A stretch of DNA of 64,000 nucleotides from Octopus sinensis (GCF_006345805.1 NC_042997.1:132494001-132558000), one strand, 5' to 3'. Positions 1 through 13,493 are shown, counted from the first letter of the stretch. Made by a program: numbers and translations. The notes: generated from the sequence alone by a model not told the origin.

Positions 1-660
1 TTCTCTTTACAACTTACATTGATTTAAAACACTGAGTTAGAATCTAAAATGAATTTAAGTGTTTATCGTGATATTAAAAGTGTAGGCTTTCTTGAAGAAT
101 CTTCGAAAAAGTTATTAAATACACAACCAACATGTATGTCACACTTAAACAGTCAAACCTAAAATTTATTACTTAAAAGTGAAATAGAAACATACGCACA
201 CATTCAGTCATAGGCACATACATAACACACATGCACACAGACCCACACTTACCAACACACACATACATAAACACGCACATCATGGTTGTAGGTTCTATAT
301 ATAGTTGCCTGGATAAAATTTGTTGATCAAAATTGACACGGAAAATACCCGAGATGTGGTGATGTTCCTGGAGAACACATGGTCAAAAATATTTCAGCTT
401 TTATTTTATATCTAGTTTAACAATTGGCCCATGCGTCCTCTATATTTTGGATGGCAGGATGCGATTAGAGCAAAGTTAGCTGTTATTTTAGGCATGGCAA
501 GAAAGAAAAGTATAGGAAAGCCTGCTAGTAGTTGTCTTGGTGTTTATATATATATATATATAATATAAAACTACTCTTTCTAGCAAGTCAGATGTCCTGT
601 TATGGTAATCACTTATGTGTTTAAATGTACACTGTATATATATATATATATAATATATAT

Positions 661-697
<37 letters not shown>

Positions 698-1818
698 AAT
701 ATATATACATATATATAAATATATGTATATATATATTTAAAATGTATATGTATATATATTCATGCATAAGTACACATGCATGCATGCATACATGTACACA
801 CATGAACATACGTATATACATGTATGTACATACACATATATCCGCACATATATATATATTCATACATATATAAGAGTGATATTGTGTGTGTGTGTGTGAA
901 TATGTAAGTGTGTATGCATGTGTGCGTGTGAACTTATCTCACCGCGTTCAAATCTATTCACATTCATTTTTACTTCTTTTCGAAGCCGGAGATTATTTTC
1001 TTGTACATCGATAAAATGTTCGCATCTTAATCGAATCTAGATATTATGCTTTGAAAACGTGAGTAAAATTTTCTGATAATGCATTTCGGTAGATGCAATT
1101 TTATATGTTCTGTTAAATTTACTTTTCCAAACTGAATTGAATAATTTTTTTTTAATAGAGACCTAAAAAGTAAGTCTTAAGCATTTCGTTCTGAATTGAA
1201 TCCATACACCCATATATGCTTCCATGCAAATATATGGATATCCGTCAGTTTTGATGGTGAATATTTCCAAATATTCAGTAAACGGAAGGATCTATCCATT
1301 GAGTGATTATTCTAAGGATACGAGTACGTCATCTTCCTCAGGATGAATCGATGTGGAATGGTGTTTGACAAAGATTAGCCTATTGAAAATTTTCCAGCGT
1401 TTACCACTTCACCTCGTCATGGCTTAACAGCCCTCACCGTTTGTTTTTACTGTTTTGTTCTTACTGTCCTGTTCTTGTTACACTTTAATCCTCCGCAAAA
1501 AATCCCAAATTTTATTTAATTTGCTTTGCGGGAAGGAATGCTTTAACGAAGTTTTAATGTCTTGTCTCCACCTTCGAAACGCGGAGTAGATAAAACACAG
1601 AACAACTGATGAAGGGAATGTTCTGTATGTTTCCTGTCTCGTTTCCGTTTTCTATATTTGTGTTTTTATGTTCTCGTCTCTCATTTTGTTCACGTTTTTT
1701 TTGACGTCCTGTACCCATATATAACGGAGGCGTAAATGAGGGTAACGGCATCAAACTTCATTCTTCACCAAATGCCACATATTAGAGGAGGCTCTCAATA
1801 ATAACAGTGTAGCAAAAC

Positions 1819-1868
1819 GGTGGTGCCCCAGCATGGCCGCAGCTTTGAGCTGAAACTGATAAAAGACA
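1819..1868 (+). mobile_element. Isolated 3' tail of SINE family A or of its partner CR1-like LINE
   Basis: ggtggtgccccagcatggccgcagctttgagctgaaac closely matches the LINE 3' end at 58786-58827 and the SINE tails. Confidence 0.6.
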
Positions 1869-1924
1869 TATGTATGTATAGCGGCTGCTCTAACTGGAAT
1901 TTTGGTGAATTACCTATTGGAGCA

Positions 1925-2026
1925 CTCAGAACGAATACAAGAAGAATCTTGTCCAAGGTGCCACGCAGTGGAACTGAACCCTGAACTACGTGGTTGGGAA
2001 GCAAGCTTCTTACTACACAGCCATTT
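1925..2026 (-). mobile_element. tRNA-derived SINE family A, 5' fragment
   Basis: Reverse complement of the head tggctgtgtagtaag...ggttcagttccactgcgtggcaccttggacaag, homologous to the fuller copies. Confidence 0.7.
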
Positions 2027-2039
2027 CTGCACCTATGTA

Positions 2040-2084
<45 letters not shown>

Positions 2085-2695
2085 TAAGCAATAAAGGGGT
2101 TAGCAACGAATTGCCTTACCACATACCGAATTTAGAATAGCAGTCAAAGAGTTATAGCTATTTCTTCTACTAAAAAGGGAGATCTCAGTAAAAACAGCAA
2201 TTGGAAGGCAGACCACAAACAGGTAAGAGAGAATGAATTGACGGCAATCTATCATACAATTTTAAGTTATCTACGGACGCACGTTTCGAAATCAAGTTTT
2301 TAGGAAAGCATAAGAATTAAATATTAAATAATTCTACCTTACCAAACTTCTTTTCTCTCAGTAGAATACTATAATCATAAATGATTATATTGAATTTTGA
2401 GATACTAGACGGCACCAACTCAACTCAGTATCAGAGCGAGCTAGAATCCGCAACTAGTATCACTAAATTCAAAGTGTGAATGAAAAGATTGTGTCAGTCA
2501 CCAGCCCCTTCCCACCCGCGTTGTAGCCAAAACAAGATGCTGTGGTCATCTACTGAGATAAAATATGGTTATCCGTAGTAATAATGAGGGTGAAATTATA
2601 ATTAATTTGGAATAATTTCAATTACACCAAGTAGTCTTCGGCATTTAAAAAGCCTCATTCGAGAAAATTTAAGTATATAAGGAAAATTTTATAAT
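2085..2695 (-). mobile_element. Diverged single, circularly permuted monomer related to the ~553-bp hammerhead repeat unit
   Basis: Colinear similarity to array blocks (ccacatac.gaa..tagaatagcag, gacgcacgtttc, ccccttcccacc.gcg, tgagggtgaaatt..caattacaccaagt). Flanked by (TA)n on both sides. Confidence 0.6.
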
Positions 2696-2697
2696 AT

Positions 2698-2738
<41 letters not shown>

Positions 2739-2740
2739 GG

Positions 2741-2775
<35 letters not shown>

Positions 2776-3554
2776 ATATGTTGTGCAACATTTTTTATGT
2801 GAAGTCGTGTGTTATATTTCGGAATGGTCATATTTTTATATATTTCTTTTTTCTTTTTTTTTTTTCTTTTTCGATTCGATTTATTATTGTTATTACTAGT
2901 ACTGTTGTTATACATACAAGCATATGTAATGATAATAATAAGTGGATGTAAACACATGAACAAAATAAGAATAAATGAATAAACAAAAACAACAACAGCA
3001 AAAAACAAAATACAAAATACAAAATACAAATTACATGAACATATATAAACAGAAAATACAGATATTACAGGCATCCCCCCATACAAACACACTAAATAAA
3101 CATAAACGCACATAGAGAATAAGCATGCGCAAATGAAGACATACAAAGAAATACAAAATGGCTGACGGTTAGTAAGAGAGCACAAATAGAAGAAGAAAAC
3201 AAGGACCACTGATGCGGTCACAGGAGTGTGACGAAAGACTCTGCCGAAATAAGATAAGATTAATGTAAAAAATAAATAACACTGAAGCAAAATAACACCA
3301 AATATATAGTGCGTGTGTTTTTATTGGCTAAACTGGCAATATGACCATTCCGAAATATAACAATATTATATATATATAATATAAATGAAAAGAATAGAGT
3401 CGAACGAAGATTTTAACAAAATTCCTTTACTTTCGACACATGTTTCGAAGACTGCATACTCTTAATTCCGAAGGAATGAAGGTTGCATTATGCCGTCTTC
3501 TCATCAGGAAATACAAGGAACCTCTATCAGCCTCAAGACGAACAAAAGCTTCTT

Positions 3555-3735
3555 ATTGTTGGCGATTTTTTTTCCTCTGTCTTCCCTTCTCTGGATCTTT
3601 CCTTCTCTTATGTTTCCGACGAAGAGCTCTGCTCGAAACGTTAAACCCTCCTTCTTCCCTTCCTTCCTGAGCGTCCAATAATACTAGATTTGTTCCACGT
3701 CCTCACGTTGTTGTGTTTTCATGTTTAGATTAACT
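3555..3735 (+). mobile_element. Small hammerhead-bearing repeat, same family as 63192-63460; core reads CCGACGA
   Basis: GTTT-ccgacga-agagc tct gctc-gaaacgtt-AAAC at 3612-3646; flanks are homologous to 63190-63380 in inverted orientation. Confidence 0.65.
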
Positions 3736-3745
3736 ATATATATAT

Positions 3746-3785
<40 letters not shown>

Positions 3786-4004
3786 AATATACATACGTAT
3801 CTATTATTATATATATTATATATATATATATATATCTATATATTATATTTGCGAGTGTCATTCTGTTTGTTTGACCACCTCTCTTGCGGGAGGATTGTTT
3901 ACGGCCATGTGTATAGTAGTTCTTCAAAGAATGCCGATAGAATACGTGCTAGACTTACAAAGAAAAAGAAGTTCTGGGGGTCGATTTATTCAACCAAATT
4001 AGGC

Positions 4005-4360
4005 TCAATATAATTCAACAACCTCTTCCAACCATTTGCCCAAGCTGTAACCATCAATTCCTTCCAAGCAACTAAAACATTAAAAAGTGCAGACATATTT
4101 TAAATTCTTAGATTTTGAAATGCTTTGACATCCCTTGTTATGACCTCTCTTCTGCAACTTTTATCCTTCAACACAGCCATTATTTATTTCAAACAAACCT
4201 TATATCAAGGCTCCTTATACTGCCTCTTGCAAGCAAGGATTACTCCCTGGTCCACTGGCTGATTCCCTAAAGATGTACTGATGGTAAAATCTTTCCATCT
4301 CTATTAACTTCTCAGTGGTATTGTCAAGAATTAGCAACGCTGTACCATTAACCTATTAGT
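4005..4360 (-). pseudogene. pogo/Tigger (DDE_1-type) transposase remnant
   Basis: Manual translation gives STSLGNQPVDQGVILACKRQYK and AWKELMVTAWANGWKRLL, resembling the pogo QPxDQGVI and C-terminal motifs; frameshifted. Confidence 0.55.
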
Positions 4361-4519
4361 GCCTACGGTTCATTTTTTAGGATCAGAAGGATAATCCATC
4401 ATATTTCTGCAACACATGTATTTTTCTGAGATACCTTTAGTTTGTCATCAAGACTAGAGTGTCTTTCAAATATTGTAATAATTTTTTAAATATATATTTA
4501 GTATGAGATAAAGTTATAT

Positions 4520-4911
4520 ACTCTTTTATTTTTTTACTTGTTTCAGTCATGTGACTGTGGCCATGCTGGAGCACCGCCTTTAGTCGAAGACATCGGCCCC
4601 AGGACTTATTCTTTGAAAGCCTAGTACTTATTCTATCGGTCTCTTTTGCCGAATTGCTAAGTTACGGGGACGTAAACACCAGCATGTTGGGGGGACAAAC
4701 ACAGACACACAAACATATACACACGCATACATATATACAAATACATATATACGACGAGCTTCTTTCAGTTTCCGTCTACCAAATCTACTCACAAGGCTTT
4801 GGTCGGCCCGACGCTATAGTAGAAGACACTTACCCAAGGTGCCACGCAGTGGGACTGAACCCGGAACCATATAGTTTGTAAGCAAGCTACGTACCACACA
4901 ATCACTCTTAC
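4520..4911 (-). mobile_element. tRNA-derived SINE family A
   Basis: Head with A/B-box-like motifs, central (CA/TA) microsatellite, tail ggcggtgctccagcatggccacagtcacatgactgaaac. Confidence 0.85.
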
Positions 4912-5999
4912 GCCTATGATTTTTGATAATGCAATTTAAAAAATTGGGTGCTAATGGATTAAGAGGGGTTATCCTCAGGTCAAATTTTCCAATCGCTTCA
5001 GTGTTATTTCTCGTTTCTTATTTCTTTTTCTTGCTTCTATTTAGCGTTTCATTTCCCTCTCTTTATCATATTGCTCTGCGAAGCAGTTTAGTTCTCCTCT
5101 TTCTTTCTTTCTTCCTTTCTTTCTTTCTTTCTCAAAAGAGAAAAAAATGTCGTTAAATCGAGGACCGATAAAACAAGCGGTTATTTTATTGTATTAGGAA
5201 TCAAATCAGCGAGTAATAAGCGGAGTGAATTAAAATTTCAAATTTTATATGGCGGTGATGTAAAAGGAATGTTTAAAGAAGCTGTCAATTTTTTTTTTAT
5301 ATTGAATATATATGAATATTTAGAGATAACGTTGTTGTAAATATGTAATAAAAATGTCATTGAATATTATTAAATAACAACATGTAATTATTTTTTGCAA
5401 CATTTAAATTAAAGGTAAATTGACACCGGTAGTTTAATACTGTATTTATAGGGGGTAAAATACAAACAAATAAAATTATAAGAACGTTGCACCAATGTGT
5501 AATTAAATATGAGTGTTCGGAATTAACGATCGTGTGAGAACTGATATAGAAGAACTCAAGAGAAAGAAAATATTGCTTATCTAATACAGTTTGGGGAATA
5601 TCATATAAACGGATTATTAATTTATATGATAGTATAAATTTCAAGTAATAAGTTAAAGAAGCGTTATCAAATTGGTGGGTTAAAATACAGAAAACAATAT
5701 TTTATGTTTATATAACATCTAATTAGTTCCAAAATGTTCGTAATTGCATTAGGAGTATCACTGGGTGCAATATAATCCTGTGATGATGTTTTCAAAACGT
5801 ATGACCTTATGCGCATATGATGAGAAGTCAGTTGGGTGGATATTTGATCGAGTTGTAAGTAGAACTTGGTTTTAGTTCAGGGATACCTTGAATGAATGAA
5901 TGAATGAAGGGAAATATAGTTTACAACACAAATGTATTAAAGCATAAGCGCAGATGTAGTTACATTAGTTGATATTTATACAATAATAATAATAATAAT

Positions 6000-6530
6000 T
6001 GCCCTGATGCAGTACCAGGCAGCGGCTCTCATGACTTCTGATCTTAACTGATTGGAAGTGTTATCATGTACGTTGATTTGTCTTGGTATAAAAGATGGGC
6101 TACAGCAAATATTCTGCTCAATACTAGAGATTTGCTTTTCAGTTGTTTGACCATAACCAGTTGAACATGTCCTTTAGTGGCTGACGATATGTGCATCTCT
6201 GATCACGAGCTGAAGTAGTGGGGGGGGGGTATCATAGCCATGTGTTGAGAGGAATTCTTTGAGGTTTGGATAATTCACCTTTGGAAACATAGGTGCTTTG
6301 TTCATCATTCGTAAGTAATCCTTATTCAGGAACTTTTTGAGCAGGATGGGCTACTCGAGCTAAAGAAAATTCTAACTGGGAGACATCTGCAAGGTCATGC
6401 GCTCTTTGTCTTGGTATGAGATCACTATGTCGCGCACATATGGTTGTGATGCATGTGCCTGGTGAACCCTTATCAGATGAGTAGTCATGATGGGTATCGG
6501 CCCATAGCATGTCTTTCTACCGTGTATAAA
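6000..6530. mobile_element. ~550-bp non-autonomous repeat associated with (TAA)n, copy 1
   Basis: Colinear and highly similar to 7728-8275; preceded by (TAA)n; no coding capacity seen. Confidence 0.7.
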
Positions 6531-6534
6531 ATTT

Positions 6535-7290
6535 TAGCATCCATCCTCGTAGAGAAAACATACAAACTTATGGAAGAAAACGATATTTTCCCTACTGAAT
6601 AAAAGGGTGCCGACGAGTCTCATATGGATGCAAACACCAACTCTTAATCAATCGCATGATCCTTAAGAACTGTCATAACAAACGAAGAAATCTCAGTTCT
6701 GCGTGGATTGATTATAAAAAGGCGTTCAACAGCATACCGCATTCATGCATCTTGAAATCGCTGGATATGGAATATCAACAGAAAAAAAGATGGTATATGC
6801 ACACCCCAGAAAAAGCCCCATAAAATAAGAAAGCAACCATGCTATGGGATATGCCAATACACACAGAGAAATCAAGGCTGATAAGCCGGGTATAGTTGTC
6901 AGAGGTCATCAAGAAAAAAATACTTTCTAATCGATGTATCAAAACCAACAGATAACAACGTTTCTCAAAAAGAAACGGAGAAACTTTCAAAATACAAAGA
7001 TATGGAAATAGAGGTAACTCGAATGTGGAACCTAAACATAGAAACACTTGCTATCATTGTAGGCGCATTAGTTATGATAAAAACAACATTCAGACTAATA
7101 CATTACAAAAACTCCAGAACTTACAAGTATATATAGCATACAGAAAAAAGCACTGCTAGGCACTGCACACATCCTACGTAACACACTTTCAATACAGTGA
7201 AAATAAGAACTCAACAAACCACAGCACATACCCAAAGAACACGAAGCTGCACTCGGTAGTGCATTGAAAGCATGTAATGAAAATAAGACT
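6535..7290 (+). pseudogene. R4/Dong-like non-LTR retrotransposon remnant (RT fragment joined to restriction-like endonuclease), (TAA)n tail
   Basis: Translates to QLLINRMILKNCHNKRRNLSSAWIDYKKAFNSIPHS and FLIDVSKPTDNNVSQKETEKLSKYKDMEIEVTRMWNL..IIVGAL; internal deletion and stops. Confidence 0.8.
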
Positions 7291-7291
7291 G

Positions 7292-7364
<73 letters not shown>

Positions 7365-7371
<7 letters not shown>

Positions 7372-7675
7372 TGAAGATCTGAGAATTGAGATTGCCAAGA
7401 TGTGGCAGCTACGAGAGTCAAACATAAAGGTCGTCCCTGTTGTCATCGCTGCATTGGATTCAATACCACCTAACCTGAAGAAATATATGGAAACTTTAGA
7501 AATACACTGAAATCTAGGTGTATTGCAAAAATCGGTATTACTTGGAACTGCACGCATATTGCGTAAAATACTGTCTCAAGTCCTTGTTATTTGACAGCCA
7601 GTACAAACCCCTGTTAGACACAATATCTTCAATCAACAACATCACAATATTGGATAACGTGCGGCATCTTATATA
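7365..7675 (+). pseudogene. 3' fragment of a second R4/Dong-like element
   Basis: KYEDLRIEIAKMWQLRESNIKVVPVVIAALDSIPPNLKKY..*..LQKSVLLGTARILRKIL; flanked by (TAA)n. Confidence 0.75.
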
Positions 7676-7727
7676 ATAATAATAATAATAACAACAACAA
7701 CAACAACAACAACAATAATAATGATAA

Positions 7728-8275
7728 TGCAGTACCAGGCAGTGGCTCTCGTGGCTTCTAATCTTAACTGATTGGAAGTGTTATCATGTACATTGTTTTG
7801 TCTTGCTATAAAAGATGGGCTACAGCAAATATTCTGTTCAAAACCACAGATTTGCTTGTCAGTTGTTTGACCGTAACAAGTTGAGCATGTCCCTTAGTGG
7901 CTGACGATATGTACATATCTGATCACGAACAGAAATAGTGGGGGAGCATCATAGCCGTGTGTTTAAAGGAATTCTTAGAGTTTTGGACAATTCACTTTTG
8001 GAAACATGGGTGGTTCTTTCAACATCCTTAAACATTCCTTATTCAGGGACCTTTTGAGCGGGATGGGATATTCGACCTGAAAAAAATTCTAACTGGGCTC
8101 CACCTGCAAGGTTATGCGCTGTTTATCTTGATATGAAAGCACCATGTCGCGCATATATGGTTGTAATGCATGTGCCTGGTGTACCCTTATCGGACGGGTA
8201 CTCATGATGGGTATACTGGGCTTCGTATATTTTAACCCTCGTGTCACTTTGATGGCATGCACTGCTCTCTCACCC
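7728..8275. mobile_element. ~550-bp non-autonomous repeat associated with (TAA)n, copy 2
   Basis: Homologous to 6000-6530; bounded by TAA runs on both sides. Confidence 0.7.
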
Positions 8276-8313
8276 AATAATAATAATAATAATAGTAATA
8301 ATAATAATAATAA

Positions 8314-8346
<33 letters not shown>

Positions 8347-8414
8347 AATGATAATAATAATATAATAATAATAATATAATAATAATAATAATGATGATGA
8401 TGATGATGATGATG

Positions 8415-8481
<67 letters not shown>

Positions 8482-8482
<1 letters not shown>

Positions 8483-8885
8483 TTCTTTTATTGGTCACAA
8501 GGGCCAAAGACATAGAGGACAATATCGAAGTATGAGTTACAGCACGTCAAAAAAAAATTACAGAAATATTGGAGTTAACATCGACCAAGGGGAGATATTA
8601 TCACATTAAAGGATATAACAGAGGATATACAATAGAAAGTAGAGAAAAGAAAGAAAGTAGAAAAATTAATAATAAATAAATAAATAAATAAATAAAATCC
8701 CCAATAGCGGGGCAGACCACTTAGGGTAATCCGAGTTAAGCGCCGCAGAAAAATCCCAGATTACTCAGCCATCCTCAAGGCATGGGAGAATGTCTCCTTC
8801 AAGTTTCTTTCCTCCTGCTTAAAGAAACATATTCAGAGTAGATCCATTCATAGCTCCGTCTCTCTTTAATTTATTTCACCCATCT
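8482..8885 (-). mobile_element. Possible L1/Tx1-like LINE 3' end
   Basis: Minus strand gives RWVK and, in another frame, AMNGSTLNMFL*, then a pyrimidine-rich UTR ending cccttgtgaccaataaaagaaatt and (TTA)n. Family assignment is from memory only. Confidence 0.4.
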
Positions 8886-8888
8886 ACA

Positions 8889-8942
<54 letters not shown>

Positions 8943-8970
8943 GCTACTGCTGCTGCTGCTACTACTAATA

Positions 8971-9008
<38 letters not shown>

Positions 9009-9093
9009 ACTACTACTACTACCACTACTACTACTACTGCTGCTGCTGCTACTACTACTACTACTACCCCCACCCCACCACACCACCACCACC

Positions 9094-9175
<82 letters not shown>
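8885..9175. repeat. Compound trinucleotide microsatellite (CTA)n/(CTG)n/(CCA)n
   Basis: Directly visible. Confidence 0.95.
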
Positions 9176-9380
9176 TTTATTAATATCCTTGCAGTTTATA
9201 CAATTAAAACTAATTGGATTTTCACAACGATAAAAAAACAAATAACTTCTAATTCGAGTAAATTGTTTCTGCGATCATTTCCTATTTTTTAGCTTTTGCT
9301 TATATTATTGCATAAGATATTACATTGACCTATAGTTTAGAATGCGCACATCCGAGCAGTCGTCATAAAATTGTACATTT

Positions 9381-9418
<38 letters not shown>

Positions 9419-9451
9419 CCATATATCAGGATATATAGGTGCGTTGGTGGA

Positions 9452-9684
9452 CGGCGGCGAACTGGCAGAAACGTTAGCACGCCGGGCGAAATGCTTTGCA
9501 GTATTTCGTCTGCCGTTACGTTCTGAGTTCAAATTCCGCCGAGGTCGACTTTGCCTTTCATCCTTTCGGGGGTCGATTAAATAAGTACCAGTTACGCACT
9601 GGGGTCGATATAATCGACTTAATCCGTTTGTCTGTCCTTGTTTGTCCCCTCTATGTTTAGCCCCTTGTGGGCTGTAAAGAAATA
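9452..9684 (+). mobile_element. tRNA-derived SINE family B
   Basis: ggcggcgaactggcagaaacgttag...gagttcaaattccgcc (B-box)...ggggtcgat...gccccttgtgggctgtaaagaaata; several other copies in the window. Confidence 0.85.
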
Positions 9685-11089
9685 TATATATATATATATA
9701 GGTGCCTGTGTGGGTGTTTGTATATCAAAAACCTTTCTTGAATACATACATATTAATATATTTTTCAATAGTGTTTCTTAAAGTAGTCATCAAGAACACG
9801 TTCATATATATATTCCGTTCGTTATATTACGCGTCTTTTTATTTCGTCTGGTGCAAAACTCGATTACGCTCTGGTAAGTTATTTCTGAGACTAGACAAAT
9901 TTTATTGCATGAATGTTTTTGTTACATGATTGATGTCTGTCAAAGTAAACATTAGCCACAATACAGTTTTGTCTACTTGACTCTTAAACGTTATATATTT
10001 TTAATTCTGTATTATTCTATTGTTTGCCTTTCCTCCACATTTATCATTCTTTCTGAAAACGAGCTACAATACATAAAAGAACATAATTGAACATAAGTCT
10101 TGTAAGAGAATTTAGCTTCGTTTTATTAACTTCTTAACGAAGCTAACTAAATTGAATTAGTTTTTATCAAATTTATTGATACGGGTATTTACAAAATGCA
10201 GCTGAAATAATATAAATAATTTTGAATAGCCGGCTTTAATGATTTCATAATTCTTCAAAAACAGACTTTTCTGTTGTAATTTCGCTACCAATATAACTGA
10301 GAATAACTACAGCATTTATATTGCTTTCCCAACAGAATAATATAAATATAAAGTGATACGTAAGCTTAGTAATTATCCTTCATATATTCTATTAAAAATG
10401 ACACATCTATCCTCCTTTATCACAGGTGTTTGCTTCCCCTCCTTGCAAAAGAAACGAATGTTATATTCGTGGACGAATGTTATATTCGTGGGCGATAGCA
10501 ACGTCGCTTCGACGTCACGTATTTCCCAATCATTTATACCTTCCCTTGTCGAGAACACACTTGTCTACGTCTTTTCTTAGGATCAGATGCTATCGTATTT
10601 TTTTCTGTTCACTGGTCCCGTGTTGATGTATACAACTTCATAAAGCCGTATAAAAAAAAAGCATGCGGCTTCGCATTTTGGGCAGCTGAGCAATGAGAGT
10701 AGTAGCTGGGATGGGCTTATGCAGTTCAAGCAGAATCTTCAATTGATCTCTGACACGTGTTATCACAGATCAATCCATATTAGACGTGTTATGTCTCACA
10801 ATGGGGCGTAACGTGTTATTTATACATGATCAGTGCTGAATGAATTAGTTATAAATGAGACTACATGTATTATGAATATAGGTTACATATACTGAGCTAA
10901 ACTTTTAATCAAATACAAAATTCCATCGCACCCTATTGATTGATTCGTTGAACCAGTTACTTCTTTCTTTTAGATTAAATAATTACAGATTCCAAAACTG
11001 AAATAGTTTCTTATAACGTAAAAATATTAACTTATTTCTTACTCTTGCAGAAGTTTCTTGCGAGCAATAATTTTTATATTTCATTTTTT

Positions 11090-11109
11090 CAACAATATAT
11101 ATATATGTA

Positions 11110-11140
<31 letters not shown>

Positions 11141-11171
11141 TGTGTGTGTGTGTGTGTGTTGCGTGTGTGTA

Positions 11172-11202
<31 letters not shown>

Positions 11203-11205
11203 GCA

Positions 11206-11236
<31 letters not shown>

Positions 11237-11256
11237 CAAAGTGTACGTACGCCGCT

Positions 11257-11350
<94 letters not shown>
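11090..11350. repeat. Compound (TG)n/(TA)n/(GA)n microsatellite
   Basis: Directly visible. Confidence 0.95.
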
Positions 11351-11352
<2 letters not shown>

Positions 11353-11354
11353 CA

Positions 11355-11745
11355 CAAAATGAGACAAGACGCAAAACATCCGGACAGCCAGGTGATACAA
11401 AAAGGGACAACAAAACATCCAGATAGACGCTACAAAGAAAACAAGGCGGGTCATTCGAAGCCCTCTTTCCTTAGTCAAGCACCAGATAATCCTCGCAATT
11501 TTGGCTGATTATTCTTGAGATTGCTCCGATCTAGCCAGCCCCAAGGAAAAACTAAGCTAAGAGCATTAGATTCCAGGAAGAAAGCAGCGAATGTATACAA
11601 AAACAAGGACGGAAAAAACGGACAAGTTACACAAATATAAATACAATAATAAATACAGTAAAAGTGATAACAGGACATAACAACAAGTGTCTTTCGACTA
11701 AAGACGAATCGAATTAAGCTGGCGCGCTTGGGAATGTATATATAT
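11355..11745. repeat. Dispersed repeat, homologous to 13870-14245 in inverted orientation
   Basis: Shared blocks cattcgaa.ccctc..cttagtcaag.acc.gat and ggctgatta.tcttgagatt..gaaaaactaagc. Confidence 0.65.
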
Positions 11746-11751
11746 AGGAAC

Positions 11752-12036
11752 AGGAGTGTGTGGTAAGTAGCTTGCTTACCAACCACATGGTTCCGGGTTC
11801 AGTCCCACTGCGTGGCACTTTGGTCACGTGTCTTCTACTATAGACTCGGGCCGACCAAAGCCTTGTGAGTGGATTTGGTAAACAGAAACTGAAAAGAAGT
11901 CCAACGTATATGTGTGTATGTATATATATATATGTGTTTGTCCCCCAACATCGCTTGACAACCGATGCTGGTGTGTTTACGTCCCCGTCACATAGCGGAT
12001 CGGCAAAAGAGACCGATAGAATAAGTACTAGGCTTT
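11752..12036 (+). mobile_element. SINE family A, 3'-truncated
   Basis: Head, central microsatellite and cgcttgacaaccgatgctggtgtgtttacgtcccc core. Confidence 0.85.
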
Positions 12037-12353
12037 TTGAGAAAAAACAGGCATCGATTAAACGAGAATGAAAAATACAGTTTATGTACAGTTGAAGAAA
12101 CGTCCGTAATTCTACAAACTGCTTAAACGTACGGTCTGATATTTCGTCGCTTCGATAAGTATTTACTAAAACACGGGCATATATTGATACTGCCGGAGTG
12201 AGGAATTTCAACTTAAGTTTCACCCAGTTTTTTATCACACCAATTGCATTTAAGGTTACATTGCGGTTTTACCTACGCCTATCATTGAAATCTTCCATAT
12301 ATAATATATTTATTAGCAGGCATATATGCACTTTCAAAGCACCTGCTTATAAA

Positions 12354-12385
<32 letters not shown>

Positions 12386-12694
12386 CATACATGCATACAT
12401 ACATTCACACATACACGCAAACATACAAACACACACACATAAACAGCAGTTTGCAATGTCATATTTAGTCACACACACACACATACATATATATACTAAA
12501 ATTTTGAGGATGTAATTATGTAATTTCCTCGTAAGATGACAGTTGGTTTTTATCAAATATATTGAAAGAAAGTTCCTCAATATATATGTATAAACAGTCT
12601 AATAAATTATAAAGTTAATAAAAGAAAATGGAGAAGAAAATATATAATGGATATTTGGCTTATTTTATTTGTATCACAAAGAAAAAGTAATGCA

Positions 12695-12893
12695 ATTGTC
12701 AAGCGATGTTGGGAGGACAAACACCGACACACACACACACAAATATATATATATACATATATATATATGACGGGCTTCTTTCAGTTTCCGTCTACCAAAT
12801 CCACCCACCAGGCTTTGGTCGACCCGAGGCTATAGTAGAAGATACTTTCCCAAGGTGCCACGCAGTGGGACTGAACCCGGAACCATGTGGTCT
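12695..12893 (-). mobile_element. SINE family A, partial
   Basis: Reverse complement of the head and central region. Confidence 0.8.
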
Positions 12894-13493
12894 CTCCAAG
12901 TTTCTGTAATTAGCATCTTAGTATGGATGCTTTTGCTTATATATACTCTATATACCAGAGCCATTTTATTTAGAACTGAACTACAAAGATTATATTCCCT
13001 TGTTTCCTTTTTTTATTTTAGATTTCTTCTTATTGTTGTCATTTCTAGTAATTTTTTGGTATCTCACGATTCTCTTCTATTAACTACCTGTTCTCCGTTC
13101 ACATTCCCTTTCTGCATTTCTTTTCTTCCCTGATTTAACCTTTTTCACTTCGTATATATTTCTTTAGTCATATTTTCGACGAACTCTATGAGAAAAAAAA
13201 ATCTCATATCTCGTTGGTCCATATATTCTGTAGATATCTCTGGATATTCTAACATTGTCAGCCAACTCATTGCTCGAAGACAGACTAATTGATTAATACA
13301 ACTTCAAGCTCTGAATATTAATACAACTTCTGTTTACAAAAAAAAAAAAAGCCCCTCCAAAACACACACACAGAGTCACACACACACACACTCACATACA
13401 CACACACGACACATATGGAGAAATACATACACAGCATACACGTATGAATATGTATCTGTATCTTTCCATGTGTCTATTAATTTCTTAGGATGC

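Noticed and set aside
7728-8275. Possible HDV-like or twister ribozyme in the 550-bp TAA-flanked repeat
   Set aside because: A hairpin is present, but I could not build the required pseudoknots by hand.
10373-10558. Coding-looking ORF STREGINDWEIRDVEATLLSPT...
   Set aside because: No recognisable domain, contains an internal ~18-bp duplication, and has no convincing splice context.
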